A stretch of 64,000 nucleotides of DNA, from IMG/VR virus record IMGVR_UViG_3300037067_024922, positions 1 through 64,000 of that record. One strand, written 5' to 3'. A program made the translations under genes and the position numbers. Under the pieces are notes generated by a model, which worked only from the letters and a program-made list of their open reading frames with translations, ran no database searches and was not told the origin of the DNA. Numbering within the stretch: the first letter of the stretch is position 1; each line of letters starts with the position of its first letter. Below, piece by piece: positions 9,142-18,743 of this stretch. Origin of the DNA: a virus (Duplodnaviria > Caudoviricetes).

Positions 9142-10382
9142 AACTAATGTTAGATAGTGGAGCGCCAAGCCTTTATAACTATCTGGTTCGGAAAAAGCAA
9201 ACCAAAGGCATCATGGGTTCTTTCTTAAAGGATCGGGCCAATGATACTTTTGAGTTCTTAGAGACAAAAGATTACAAAGATTACAAAAAGGAATATATTG
9301 ATTTTCTTCAAAAGAATGCCCAGTATTTTGATACCTATGTCAATCTTGATATCATTAACAATGCTGAAGCGACATGGAAAAACCAACTCGAGTTAGAGGC
9401 ATGCGGCCTCAAGCCTATCCCGGTTTTCCATTTTGGTTCAAATATCAAATATCTTTATCGATATTTGGAAAAAGGTTACAATTACATTGCTATGGGAGGT
9501 TTTATTCCCAATCCCGTGTCTATGTTACAGCCCGCCTTAGATAATCTTTGGACGAATGTTTTGTGCGATACTAATGGATTCCCAAAGGTAAGGGTTCACG
9601 GATTTGCTGTTACGTCGGCCAGGTTGGCATCCAGGTACCCATGGTATTCAGTTGACAGTACAAGTTGGGCTAAAATTGGTATTTATGGGGCAATTGTTGT
9701 CCCGAGACATGATAGTGATGGGAATTGGATTTATGATGGCTCCCCTCATGTTATTTTTGTTTCCAATAAGAGCAAGGCAAAAGATGAAGTTGATGGCAAG
9801 CATATTGATACTGTTGCTGATGATGAAAAAAAATACATATTGAAGTATTTGAAAGATCAGAGAGTTCCTCTTGGCAAATCTTCTTTTAAGAAAGAAAAAA
9901 ATAGTGAAGGATATGAACCAAAGGAAAATGAAAGATGGGTTGATTTAGCAATAAAAGATGAGATTGAAATTATTGAAGAACAGGGTGTTAGTAATTTTTT
10001 TGAATTGAGAAATAGGATCAATCTCTTTTTCTTTATTGGTCTCCAAAAATCTCGTCCAGGTTGGCCTTGGGAGTTCCACCCAGTGATTGATGGTTTTGAT
10101 TTAGATGATTGTCGGAAAGCTTCGGAAAAAGTTGCTCCGGGCTTATCTAAATTTTATGATTTTTCTGGGAGTTGGAGGTTGTATATTGCTGGTGAAAATC
10201 CTCATGGGGTCGATCCGAATACTCCGAGAGGAAGGAGTGATAGAGATATCTATGATTTTATGGCAACTCAAGCTATGGAAATGAACAGGCTCGTCTCGAA
10301 TTATTACAAGGCGTCTGTCAATAGAAATATTTTGCTTAAAAAGGAATTGGAGGCTGAAGAACGTGGAAATAAAAAAGGCTGA
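9138..10382 (+). CDS. dpdA: TGT-fold DNA base-exchange enzyme, DpdA-like
   Basis: LDSGA, NLDII, IPVFH, YIAMGG, VHGFA and SVDSTSW motifs of the transglycosylase barrel; last gene of the que cluster. Confidence 0.8.
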   Translation: MKLMLDSGAPSLYNYLVRKKQTKGIMGSFLKDRANDTFEFLETKDYKDYKKEYIDFLQKNAQYFDTYVNLDIINNAEATWKNQLELEACGLKPIPVFHFGSNIKYLYRYLEKGYNYIAMGGFIPNPVSMLQPALDNLWTNVLCDTNGFPKVRVHGFAVTSARLASRYPWYSVDSTSWAKIGIYGAIVVPRHDSDGNWIYDGSPHVIFVSNKSKAKDEVDGKHIDTVADDEKKYILKYLKDQRVPLGKSSFKKEKNSEGYEPKENERWVDLAIKDEIEIIEEQGVSNFFELRNRINLFFFIGLQKSRPGWPWEFHPVIDGFDLDDCRKASEKVAPGLSKFYDFSGSWRLYIAGENPHGVDPNTPRGRSDRDIYDFMATQAMEMNRLVSNYYKASVNRNILLKKELEAEERGNKKG

Positions 10383-11429
10383 TTTGCAAAAGATACTTGA
10401 AGATCTCCGGCCAGGTCTTGCCAAGAGAGACATTGTTAATACTCTTTCTGACTTTACTTTTTTTGGTGATCGAATTGGGACATTTAATGACCAAATATCT
10501 ATTAGTTATCCTTTTGAGTTTGGCCCTTCATGCTCTGTCGATGGTCAGAGTTTTTATCAGGTGGTTATGAATAGTGTTGAAGGGGATATCGCTCTTAGGC
10601 TGAAAGAAGAAAAGGAGGTTTCTGAAGGAGAGAAGCCAAAATTGTTTTTGATAATTAAAAGTGGTGGAGGAAAAGAAGGTTCAAAAGCTTCCTTAAAGAC
10701 CTCAGAAGCGGTTGCCGTCAATAAAATTAAGGTCCCGTCAATGAAATCGAAACTTTGGAGAACAATTCCTGAGAGGTTTATTGAAGGAGTTAAGTTCTGT
10801 TCCTTTAGTGTTTCGACGGATTTGACAAGGCCTTATTTGACCTGTGTTGCTGTTAAAAAGGATAAGATTTATTCTTCTGATGGTCTTCGAATTTCTCAAT
10901 ATAGTTTGGATGGAGAGTTTGATGAAGATGATTTTTTGATTTTGGGAGAATCGGCGGCCATTTTGGCAAAATAAAAACCATCGAAAAATACGTGAAAGAT
11001 GACAATTGGATTCATTTTCGTACAGAGGAAAATATCATCTTTTCCTGCCGGGTTATCAAAGAGACTTTTCCTGATGTCAGTAAGCATTTTGTAATCAAGC
11101 ATGGGGTTTCATTTGTTTTGCCTAAGGGAGTGAAGGAAGTTGTTGATTCCGTTTCGACTGTTGCTGATGCAGAGTTTTCGGTTGATAGAGTTGTTAAGGT
11201 GTCCATTTCTGGTAATTCTATCGAATGTTCTGGGAGAGGTAGCCAAGGGTCTTTTGATAAATGGTTCACTTTGGAGAAGAAAGTTGAAGGGAATATTCAA
11301 TTTGGTATCAATCCTTTGTTCTTTTCCGAGATACTTTCTGAGTCTGATCTGAAGATGAAGCTTGATGAGAACCATGCTCTGTTTGAGACAGAGATTTTCC
11401 AACACGTTATGTGCCTCCCAAGAAAATAA
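10363..11429 (+). CDS. dnaN: DNA polymerase III beta sliding clamp-like protein, interrupted by a -1 frameshift near 10968-10974
   Basis: Two ORFs join into about 355 aa if one A is added to GCAAAATAA. Clamp-like motifs STDLTRPYLTCV, SSDGLRI, FPD and FGINP..F. Confidence 0.75.
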
Positions 11430-11456
11430 AGAATAGGATATAATTATTCTTGAGGA

Positions 11457-14400
11457 ATGAAAATGGAATTTTGTCATCTACATGTTCATACTGAGCATTC
11501 TCTTTTAGATGGATATGGGAATGCCAAACAATATATCTCTAAGGCGAAAGAACTTGGTTTTAAATACATTGCTTGTACGGATCATGGGAACCAAGATGGG
11601 TTGATTAAATTTCAAAAAGAGGCAGAGAAACAAGGTGTCTCACCTATTCTTGGTTGTGAACTTTATCTTGTTCCTGATGCTTCTATCAAAAAGGCTGGAG
11701 AATTTCGACATCATATAACAGTGTTAGTGAAGGATGAAGATGGCTGGCAAAATCTCTGTAAAATATTGACAGAGGCAAATCTGCATGGATTTTATTACAA
11801 GCCAAGGACAGATTTTGATACTCTGAAAAAATATCATAAAGGCTTGGTCTTTTTGAGTGGCTGTACTTCAAGCGTAATGATTACTAAGGAGGGCGTAGAT
11901 TTTTTTCTCGAGTTGTTTGATTTGTGTTCTGGTGATTGTTATCTTGAGGTGATGCCTCATTTATTTGATGACCAAATTAATCTTAATAAATTGTGTATTG
12001 GACAAACGATTCCGTTGGTCGCAACAAACGATTGTCATTATGTGAATGAAGAAGATGATAAAGTTCATGAAGTTCTTTTGTCAATTCAGACAAAGGCGAA
12101 GTGGACTGATAAAAATCGTTTTCGTTTTGAGACTAAAGGGTTATTTTTGCGATCGGCCGAACAGATGAAATTGGCTTTTCAGAAACAAGGCGTTTTGTTA
12201 AAATCTCAGTATTTGTCAGCTATGCGTAATACTATTGAGATTGCTGAAAAATGTTGCGATTTCAGGATTAAGAAACAAGATATATTCCTTCCATCCATTT
12301 TGGCGAAAGGCGAATCAGAAGATAGATTTCTAAAGAAACTTTGTTATAGTGGATACGAAAAGATCTTCGGGGTGCCAGAATGGAGCCAATCTTACATTGA
12401 CAGATTTGATGAAGAGTTCGATATGATCAAGCGTAAGAATTTTGTTCGTTATTTTCTGGTTGTCTGGGAATTAACAGAGTGGTGTAGAAAGAACAATATC
12501 ATGATTGGCCCTGGCAGAGGATCTGTTGGTGGCAGTTTGATTGCCTATCTCATGGGGATTACAACAGTTGATCCAATCAAATTCAATCTTCTCTTTTCCA
12601 GGTTTATTGCTGAAGATAGGATCGATTATCCTGATATTGATTTGGATTTTGAGGACGTGAAGAGATCATTAATCAGAGGTCATTTGGAAGAGATGTATGG
12701 AAAGAACAATATTGCTTCTGTTTCGACATTTATGGATATGAAAGGCAGAGCCGCTATCAGGGATGTTGCAAGGGTTTTTGAAATCCCGTATGGAGAGGTT
12801 GACGAGTTTGCTAAGATTATCCAAGATGAAGAGAATGGAGGAAATTCAATTGAGGCTGCTTCTAAGACTCCAGAAGGATTTTCTTTTGTGAGGAAGTATC
12901 CTGACGTTTTGAAGATTGCCGCCAAATTAGAAGGACAATGTAGAGGTGTTGGGCAGCATGCTGCGGCCCTTATTGTATCTGCCGATGATTTAACTTTAGG
13001 GACTCGGTGTAATCTTTCTGTTAGGTCGGGCCAAGAAGTAGTAAATTGGGATAAGGATGATACTGAGTATGTAGGTCTTATGAAACTTGATGTTCTTGGT
13101 CTTAACACTTTATCAATTTTGAATGAGACTCGTAGGCTTGTGGAACAAAATCATGGGAAGAAACTTGTTTTTGAAAAGATTGAGTTAGATAATCCGCAGG
13201 TCTTTGATATGCTATCCCAAGGTCAAACAGTGGGAGTATTTCAATTCAATACATGGCCAACGACAAAGTTATGTAAAGAGATCGGAATTAATTCATTTGG
13301 TTTGATGAGTGATGTTATTGCTTTAGTGAGGCCGGGACCTGCGGATAGTGGTATGACCGCCGATTTTATTAAAAGGAAACATGGTAGTAAATGGCAGAAA
13401 AAACACAGGATATACGAGCATATTACAAGAGATACTTATGGAATTGTTATCTATCAAGAGCAAGTGATGCAAGTGATTAGTGAGGTTGCTGGCTTGCCAT
13501 ATTCTACTGCGGATAAAATCAGGAAAATTATTGCTAAAAAAAGAGATGTCAAAGAATTTGAAAAATATCAACAGTTGTTTGTTGATGGATGTAAAAAAGA
13601 AGATACGCTTTCTACTAAAGAAGCTTTGGAGTTTTGGTCGGCATTAGAAAAGCATGCCAGTTATTCTTTTAATAGAAGCCATTCTGTTGAATATGCTATG
13701 ATTGCGTATTGGTGTGCATTCTGCAAGATTTATTTCCCGGCTGAGTTTCTTTGTGCCAATCTTACATATGGTTCTGATGGAAAAAAGGAGGAATTGGTTA
13801 AAGAGGCCAGAAGGCTTGGTCTTAAAATAGTTCTTCCAAAGGTTGGAGTTTCAAATTCTCATCATTGGGTTGTGAAAGATAATAATCTGTATGTTCCTTT
13901 CATCGAGATAAAAGGAGTTGGCGAAAAGGTTGCTAAGGATCTTTTGGAGTATCAACCTCCTGAGCCCAAGAGGGTTATTATCGACCAAAAAGTAGTAAGG
14001 ATGAAGCAGAAAGGATTTTTTGATGAGGATAAAGTTGAAGAGCCAAGAACAGTTTTAAAAGAACAAAAAGAGAGGAAGATAGATAAAATTCTGAAGGCAA
14101 TAGGTGCGGTTGGCAATGAACCTGAAGCGGACCTTTCCAAATATTTTTCTTTTGATGTGATAGGCGACAAACGGGATGAATACCCAAATCTTCATGGGCG
14201 TCTTGGCTTTGATTTCCCGCCTGAGGACCTTGACTCCATTTTGTCTTTGAACGTGCCAGAAGGCTTTATTCGTGGCAAAATACATCAAGCCAAGTTCCAA
14301 AATCCAGAACTTTTGTATTGTCGGGAATGTGACCTTGTTAAACAGTGTAAAAGGCCAGTGATGCCATCGTCGGGCAGGTATAATCTTGCTATTATAGGAG

Positions 14401-14846
14401 AGGCGCCTGGTAAGAATGAGGATGATGAAGGTCGAGGGTTTGTAGGGCGGGCGGGTGATTTAGTTTGGAAAGAATTAGGAAGACATGACTTGGTTAGAAG
14501 GTTTTTCCATGTTACAAATTGTACAAAATGTTATCCGGGAACAATTAAAACTCCTGGTGATCGACATTTGGCGGCTTGTAAAAGATGGTTGGACGAAGAG
14601 ATTAGAAAAGCAGACATAAGATTAGCTTTGGTGTTTGGCAATACTGGGTTAAAATACTTTGAAGGAGAAGATAGTGGTATTACCAAACGTAACGGAGAAA
14701 CAGAATGGCTTGAGGCGTATAGCATGTGGGTTTGCTGGTGCCTACATCCTGCGTCTGTCCTCAGAAACCCAGACAGTAAAAAGGATTTTCAGATAGGAAT
14801 TGCAAACTTTGCAGAAAAAATTCACCTTCTTGGAGGTTTGAAGTAA
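11457..14846 (+). CDS. dnaE: DNA polymerase III alpha subunit fused at the C-terminus to a family-4 uracil-DNA glycosylase
   Basis: HLHVHTEHSLLDG, GPGRGSVGGSL, PDIDLDF, KLDVLGL and YSFNRSH, followed by CREC, GEAPG, FVGRAG and HPASVLR. Confidence 0.95.
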   Translation: MKMEFCHLHVHTEHSLLDGYGNAKQYISKAKELGFKYIACTDHGNQDGLIKFQKEAEKQGVSPILGCELYLVPDASIKKAGEFRHHITVLVKDEDGWQNLCKILTEANLHGFYYKPRTDFDTLKKYHKGLVFLSGCTSSVMITKEGVDFFLELFDLCSGDCYLEVMPHLFDDQINLNKLCIGQTIPLVATNDCHYVNEEDDKVHEVLLSIQTKAKWTDKNRFRFETKGLFLRSAEQMKLAFQKQGVLLKSQYLSAMRNTIEIAEKCCDFRIKKQDIFLPSILAKGESEDRFLKKLCYSGYEKIFGVPEWSQSYIDRFDEEFDMIKRKNFVRYFLVVWELTEWCRKNNIMIGPGRGSVGGSLIAYLMGITTVDPIKFNLLFSRFIAEDRIDYPDIDLDFEDVKRSLIRGHLEEMYGKNNIASVSTFMDMKGRAAIRDVARVFEIPYGEVDEFAKIIQDEENGGNSIEAASKTPEGFSFVRKYPDVLKIAAKLEGQCRGVGQHAAALIVSADDLTLGTRCNLSVRSGQEVVNWDKDDTEYVGLMKLDVLGLNTLSILNETRRLVEQNHGKKLVFEKIELDNPQVFDMLSQGQTVGVFQFNTWPTTKLCKEIGINSFGLMSDVIALVRPGPADSGMTADFIKRKHGSKWQKKHRIYEHITRDTYGIVIYQEQVMQVISEVAGLPYSTADKIRKIIAKKRDVKEFEKYQQLFVDGCKKEDTLSTKEALEFWSALEKHASYSFNRSHSVEYAMIAYWCAFCKIYFPAEFLCANLTYGSDGKKEELVKEARRLGLKIVLPKVGVSNSHHWVVKDNNLYVPFIEIKGVGEKVAKDLLEYQPPEPKRVIIDQKVVRMKQKGFFDEDKVEEPRTVLKEQKERKIDKILKAIGAVGNEPEADLSKYFSFDVIGDKRDEYPNLHGRLGFDFPPEDLDSILSLNVPEGFIRGKIHQAKFQNPELLYCRECDLVKQCKRPVMPSSGRYNLAIIGEAPGKNEDDEGRGFVGRAGDLVWKELGRHDLVRRFFHVTNCTKCYPGTIKTPGDRHLAACKRWLDEEIRKADIRLALVFGNTGLKYFEGEDSGITKRNGETEWLEAYSMWVCWCLHPASVLRNPDSKKDFQIGIANFAEKIHLLGGLK

Positions 14847-15793
14847 TGCAGCAACCGCTCCATTTAAAGTACCGTCCAACAAATCTTGAAGAGATTGTTG
14901 GGAATAAAGGCGTAATCAGTTCTCTTAAAAGTGTCCTGGATCGCAAAGAAGGAACGCCTCATGCATTTCTTTTTTCCGGCCCAAGTGGTTGTGGTAAGAC
15001 GACTCTGGCCAGGATTATCAAAACCAACTTGGGTTGCTCTGATGTTGATTACCAAGAGATGAATGTCGCCAATGTTCGTGGTATTGATACGATTCGAGAG
15101 ATTGCCCAAAACTGCACTTTTGCTCCATACGATGGAAAGGTTAAGATATTCTTGTTAGATGAGGCGGCGAAATTAACAAATGACGCCCAGAATGCATTGT
15201 TAAAATTGTTAGAGGATACACCAAGTCATGTTTATTTCATTCTGTGTACTACAGATCCTGAGAAGTTGATCAAGACTATCAGAACCAGATGTACCACGTA
15301 TCAGGTACAGTCTTTGCCTGATCACGATATCAGAAAACTTCTTTCGTATGTTCTAAAAAAAGAGAGAGTCGAAGACTTCCCGGAAAAAGCTATCGCAGAG
15401 ATTTGTAAAACTGCCAATGGCTCCCCAAGACAAGCATTGGTTATTCTTGATGCCGTGATCGATATTCAAAATGATGATGAAATGTTAAATTCGATTTTGG
15501 ATTATAATTTTTCAGAAAAGAATGCAGTTGATCTGTGTAAGGCGTTATTAGAGAGGCAGAAATGGTCAGTTATCTCTGGTATTTTAAAGGCATTATTGAG
15601 CAAGGATGAAGAAGATAAGGATGCGGATAGGGCAGAGAAGATAAGGTATGCTGTTTTGGGATATATGACCTCTGTTTTGTTGAGTAATGATAACGATCTG
15701 GCGATGACCATTATAAGAGAGTTTTCTGATCCTTTTTTTAATAATGGGAAAGCAGGTCTTGTTGGAGCTTGTTATGAAGTTTACAAGAGATGA
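14846..15793 (+). CDS. dnaX: Clamp loader AAA+ subunit (DnaX gamma-like)
   Basis: KYRP, GPSGCGKTT, LDEA, NALLKLLED and TIRTRC motifs. Confidence 0.9.
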   Translation: MQQPLHLKYRPTNLEEIVGNKGVISSLKSVLDRKEGTPHAFLFSGPSGCGKTTLARIIKTNLGCSDVDYQEMNVANVRGIDTIREIAQNCTFAPYDGKVKIFLLDEAAKLTNDAQNALLKLLEDTPSHVYFILCTTDPEKLIKTIRTRCTTYQVQSLPDHDIRKLLSYVLKKERVEDFPEKAIAEICKTANGSPRQALVILDAVIDIQNDDEMLNSILDYNFSEKNAVDLCKALLERQKWSVISGILKALLSKDEEDKDADRAEKIRYAVLGYMTSVLLSNDNDLAMTIIREFSDPFFNNGKAGLVGACYEVYKR

Positions 15794-15832
15794 AATTTAG
15801 ATTCGGCATATAATAGTTGAAAGGGGATCGAA

Positions 15833-16336
15833 ATGGGAAATGATTTTGAGATAAATGAACATGATCTTGATGGGGAGTGGCTTAGACAGGCTCAGCTGTA
15901 TAATGATTGGGCCAGTAAGTCTGCTAATGCTGCCAAAGCGCAAGCCAAGTTGCGTTTAGAAAGGAAAATCCTCAAGGCAACACTTTATAAAGAGGTGAAA
16001 CTGAGACTCTCTGTTTCGGTTAAAGAGGGCAAAGAACCAACTGGGGCGGCGATAGAGGCAGAGATTAGAACAGATCCAAGGTATGAGGCTATTTCGAATA
16101 AGTTAATCGATGCCGAAGAACAAACGGGTTTGATGGATGCTGGGAAATGGGCAATGGTGGAAAAAAGTAAGGCTCTTGACCGGCTTTGTACTGACAGAGA
16201 TAATGGATTTTTTATGGCCTCTGGTTATAAATCAAAAAGAGAGCCTGGTCTTGATGAGCGGAGAGAACAGTTAAAAGAGATTGACAAAGGTTTGAGAGAA
16301 GAAATGCAATCCAAAAGAAAAATCAACAGAGGCTAA
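15833..16336 (+). CDS. UvsY-like recombination mediator
   Basis: Helical protein with a T..AIEAEI..DPRY pattern, next to SSB and recA. Confidence 0.6.
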   Translation: MGNDFEINEHDLDGEWLRQAQLYNDWASKSANAAKAQAKLRLERKILKATLYKEVKLRLSVSVKEGKEPTGAAIEAEIRTDPRYEAISNKLIDAEEQTGLMDAGKWAMVEKSKALDRLCTDRDNGFFMASGYKSKREPGLDERREQLKEIDKGLREEMQSKRKINRG

Positions 16337-16489
16337 AAATGCTTGATATTGACTTCCCTAAGACAATAGCACTGATAATTGTAATTATTTTCCTTGGCTA
16401 CATAGCCATTAGGATTTGGACCTATGGGTATTTCCGTAGTTATTTCGATGCAAAAAAACAACATAACATTAACAAAAAGGAGGATGATG

Positions 16490-17524
16490 ATGCCGAAGCC
16501 AAGTAGGAGAAGTGCAAAAGAAGAACTCATGAAGAGGTTGGAGGGTGATTACAATAAAACCAGAGGTGGTGGCTCCCTTTTTAAAGCTGACCTGAGGGGA
16601 GTTAATTTCTGGCAATGTAAAGAGACGGATCACATCATTGATATCATCCCTTACATCGCCGGAGAGAATGACCCTGATCACCCAAGGAAGGACAGTTACG
16701 TTCTTGAGATTTTTGTTCACAATAAGGTTGGTCAGTCCGGGGAGGGGATGATCATTTGCATGGCCGAGACTTTCAAGAAGCCGTGCCCGATTTGTGAAGA
16801 GAGACGGCGTCTGATCAAAAAGGATGGTGACGAGAATCGGATCAAAGAATTAACGCCAAGTAGGTATCCTCGATCGATATACAATATTGTTTGTTACGAT
16901 TCAAAGGAAGAAGAGAATAAAGGCGTTCAAATTTGGCATACCAGTAACTTCCTTTTCCAACAATACCTTTTGGCTCTTGCCAAACGCCCGGTCAGACCAG
17001 GATCCAAAAATGTCGAGCCTTACATTGCTTTCATGGATTTGGATGAAGGGAAATCTATTGCTTTCAAACGGGAAGGGAAGAAAGAAAATACAAAGTTTGT
17101 CGGTCTCCGGTTTGAGGATAGGGATTATCAAATCTCTGAAGAAATCGAGAAGTCGGCTCATGTTCTTGATGAGTTGATTTATTGGCCAACGTATAAAGAG
17201 GTGTATCAGGAGTTTTGGGGAACAGTGCCAGAAGTGGCTCCTACTGAAGATAGATCTTCTCGTGGCACCAAGTATGAAGAGAAGAAAGAGGATCCTCCTG
17301 AAGAGAAGAAAGAGGAAGAGGTTCCTCGCGGTCGTCGTGGGCGTAATGAAGGGGAAGAGAAGAAAGAGGATCCTCCTGAAGAGAAGAAGGATTCAAAGAA
17401 TAAGTGCCCGGTTGGTAAGCGGTTTGGTCATGATATTGATGATCTCAAGGAATGCGACAAGTGCGCAGTCTGGAAAGAATGTGCAAAAGAGGCTGATGCA
17501 ATCGAGAAGGCGAAAAGGAAGTAA
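16490..17524 (+). CDS. gp32-like single-stranded DNA-binding protein
   Basis: H...C...CPICE zinc site, YNIV motif, acidic repeat tail, C-terminal Cys4 module. RBS AAGGAGG supports a start at 16484-16490. Confidence 0.75.
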   Translation: MPKPSRRSAKEELMKRLEGDYNKTRGGGSLFKADLRGVNFWQCKETDHIIDIIPYIAGENDPDHPRKDSYVLEIFVHNKVGQSGEGMIICMAETFKKPCPICEERRRLIKKDGDENRIKELTPSRYPRSIYNIVCYDSKEEENKGVQIWHTSNFLFQQYLLALAKRPVRPGSKNVEPYIAFMDLDEGKSIAFKREGKKENTKFVGLRFEDRDYQISEEIEKSAHVLDELIYWPTYKEVYQEFWGTVPEVAPTEDRSSRGTKYEEKKEDPPEEKKEEEVPRGRRGRNEGEEKKEDPPEEKKDSKNKCPVGKRFGHDIDDLKECDKCAVWKECAKEADAIEKAKRK

Positions 17525-17528
17525 GGAC

Positions 17529-17624
17529 AGTCAGGCGGTAAAATGCTTTAGGATGGTTGATAGACAAGAATCTATCATTGGTCGGTTAAGCACCTTGACC
17601 AGCCACCACCGCCTGGCTTTTTTT
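17529..17624 (+). terminator. Multibranched stem-loop ending in a T7 tract (terminator or structured RNA)
   Basis: AGTCAGGCGGT/ACCGCCTGGCT closing stem encloses two hairpins. Confidence 0.6.
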
Positions 17625-17644
17625 GATCTTGGAGATTAGTTTAG

Positions 17645-18733
17645 ATGAAAATTGACAGAGGAATATCGACAGATCTTGAAGTGGCAGCAGAACAAGTGAA
17701 AGCTGCTGCCAAATCGATCAAAGAAGCTCCTGTAGAATTTATCAATACAGGTTCAATTGGTCTTAATCTTGCCGTCTCGGGTAAAGGAAGAGATGGCGGT
17801 TGGCCACGTGGGCGGATTATCAATTTGGTAGGTGATGGCTCAAGTGGCAAGACTCTCCTTGCTCTCGAATTTTGTGCTTATGTTTACCATAGGATGATGG
17901 GTAAGGAATCTGACCTTTTCCCAAAAGTAAAAAAGATCAGGATTGTTTATGACAATGGGGAGATGGTGATGGATTTCCCTGTTGCTTCAATGTATGGGAA
18001 GGATTTTGCTGATCATATAGAGTGGGAACATTCAAAATATGTCGAACAGTTTGGGAGAAGATTTACCAGAGAATGCCAGGAAATAAAAGAAGGTACTCTT
18101 GTGATTTATGTTTTGGATTCTCTTGATTCATTGACGTCAGAGGCTGGTCTTGAGAGGTTTGAAGAGGCGGCGAAGAAAGACAAAGCCGAGGATGGCTCTT
18201 ATGGGGTAGAGAAACCAAAATACTTGAGTGCAAGTTTTTTTGCCAATATTACTTCTCTTATGGCAGGAAAAGATATCACCCTCATAATCATCAGTCAAAT
18301 CAGATCTAAGATTGGCGTTACCTTTGGAGAGAAATACAGCCGAGCTGGAGGGAAAGCAATGGATTTTTATACTCATTGTGTCGTCTGGCTCGCTGAGGTT
18401 GAAAAGCTTAAGAAAACATTTCGTGGTGAAGAGCGGGTTTATGGTATCCGGACTCTCGCGAAAGTCAAGCGTAGTAAGGTTTGGAAACCATTTAGAGAGA
18501 TGGAACTTATCATTCTGTTTGATTATGGTATTGATGATATCGGTACAACAATTTCCTATCTTTGGGGACCAAAAGTTAAACTCCTCGAGTGGAATGGACA
18601 AGAATTCAAAAGAGAAGATTTGGTGAAGCATATTGAGGAGAATAATCTTCAGGACGAGTTGGCAGAGAAGGTGGAAAACTGGTGGGATGAAATAGAAGAG
18701 AACCTCAAGCCAGATCGTATAAGCAAATATTGA
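17645..18733 (+). CDS. recA: RecA-family recombinase
   Basis: INTGSIGLN, GWPRGRI, GDGSSGKT, VLDSL, ISQIR and GGKAMDFY motifs. Confidence 0.95.
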   Translation: MKIDRGISTDLEVAAEQVKAAAKSIKEAPVEFINTGSIGLNLAVSGKGRDGGWPRGRIINLVGDGSSGKTLLALEFCAYVYHRMMGKESDLFPKVKKIRIVYDNGEMVMDFPVASMYGKDFADHIEWEHSKYVEQFGRRFTRECQEIKEGTLVIYVLDSLDSLTSEAGLERFEEAAKKDKAEDGSYGVEKPKYLSASFFANITSLMAGKDITLIIISQIRSKIGVTFGEKYSRAGGKAMDFYTHCVVWLAEVEKLKKTFRGEERVYGIRTLAKVKRSKVWKPFREMELIILFDYGIDDIGTTISYLWGPKVKLLEWNGQEFKREDLVKHIEENNLQDELAEKVENWWDEIEENLKPDRISKY

Positions 18734-18743
18734 GGATTCTTCT

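Noticed and set aside
10974-10992. Intron or ribosomal bypass gap in the clamp gene
   Set aside because: A single-base shift restores continuous protein, and there is no intervening sequence.
17276-17390. Duplicated EEKKEDPPEEKK segment in the SSB tail
   Set aside because: An in-frame low-complexity linker repeat, common in acidic SSB tails.
17529-17624. tRNA gene
   Set aside because: No T-loop GTTCRA, no 7-nt anticodon loop and no acceptor geometry. I found no tRNA in the window by eye.
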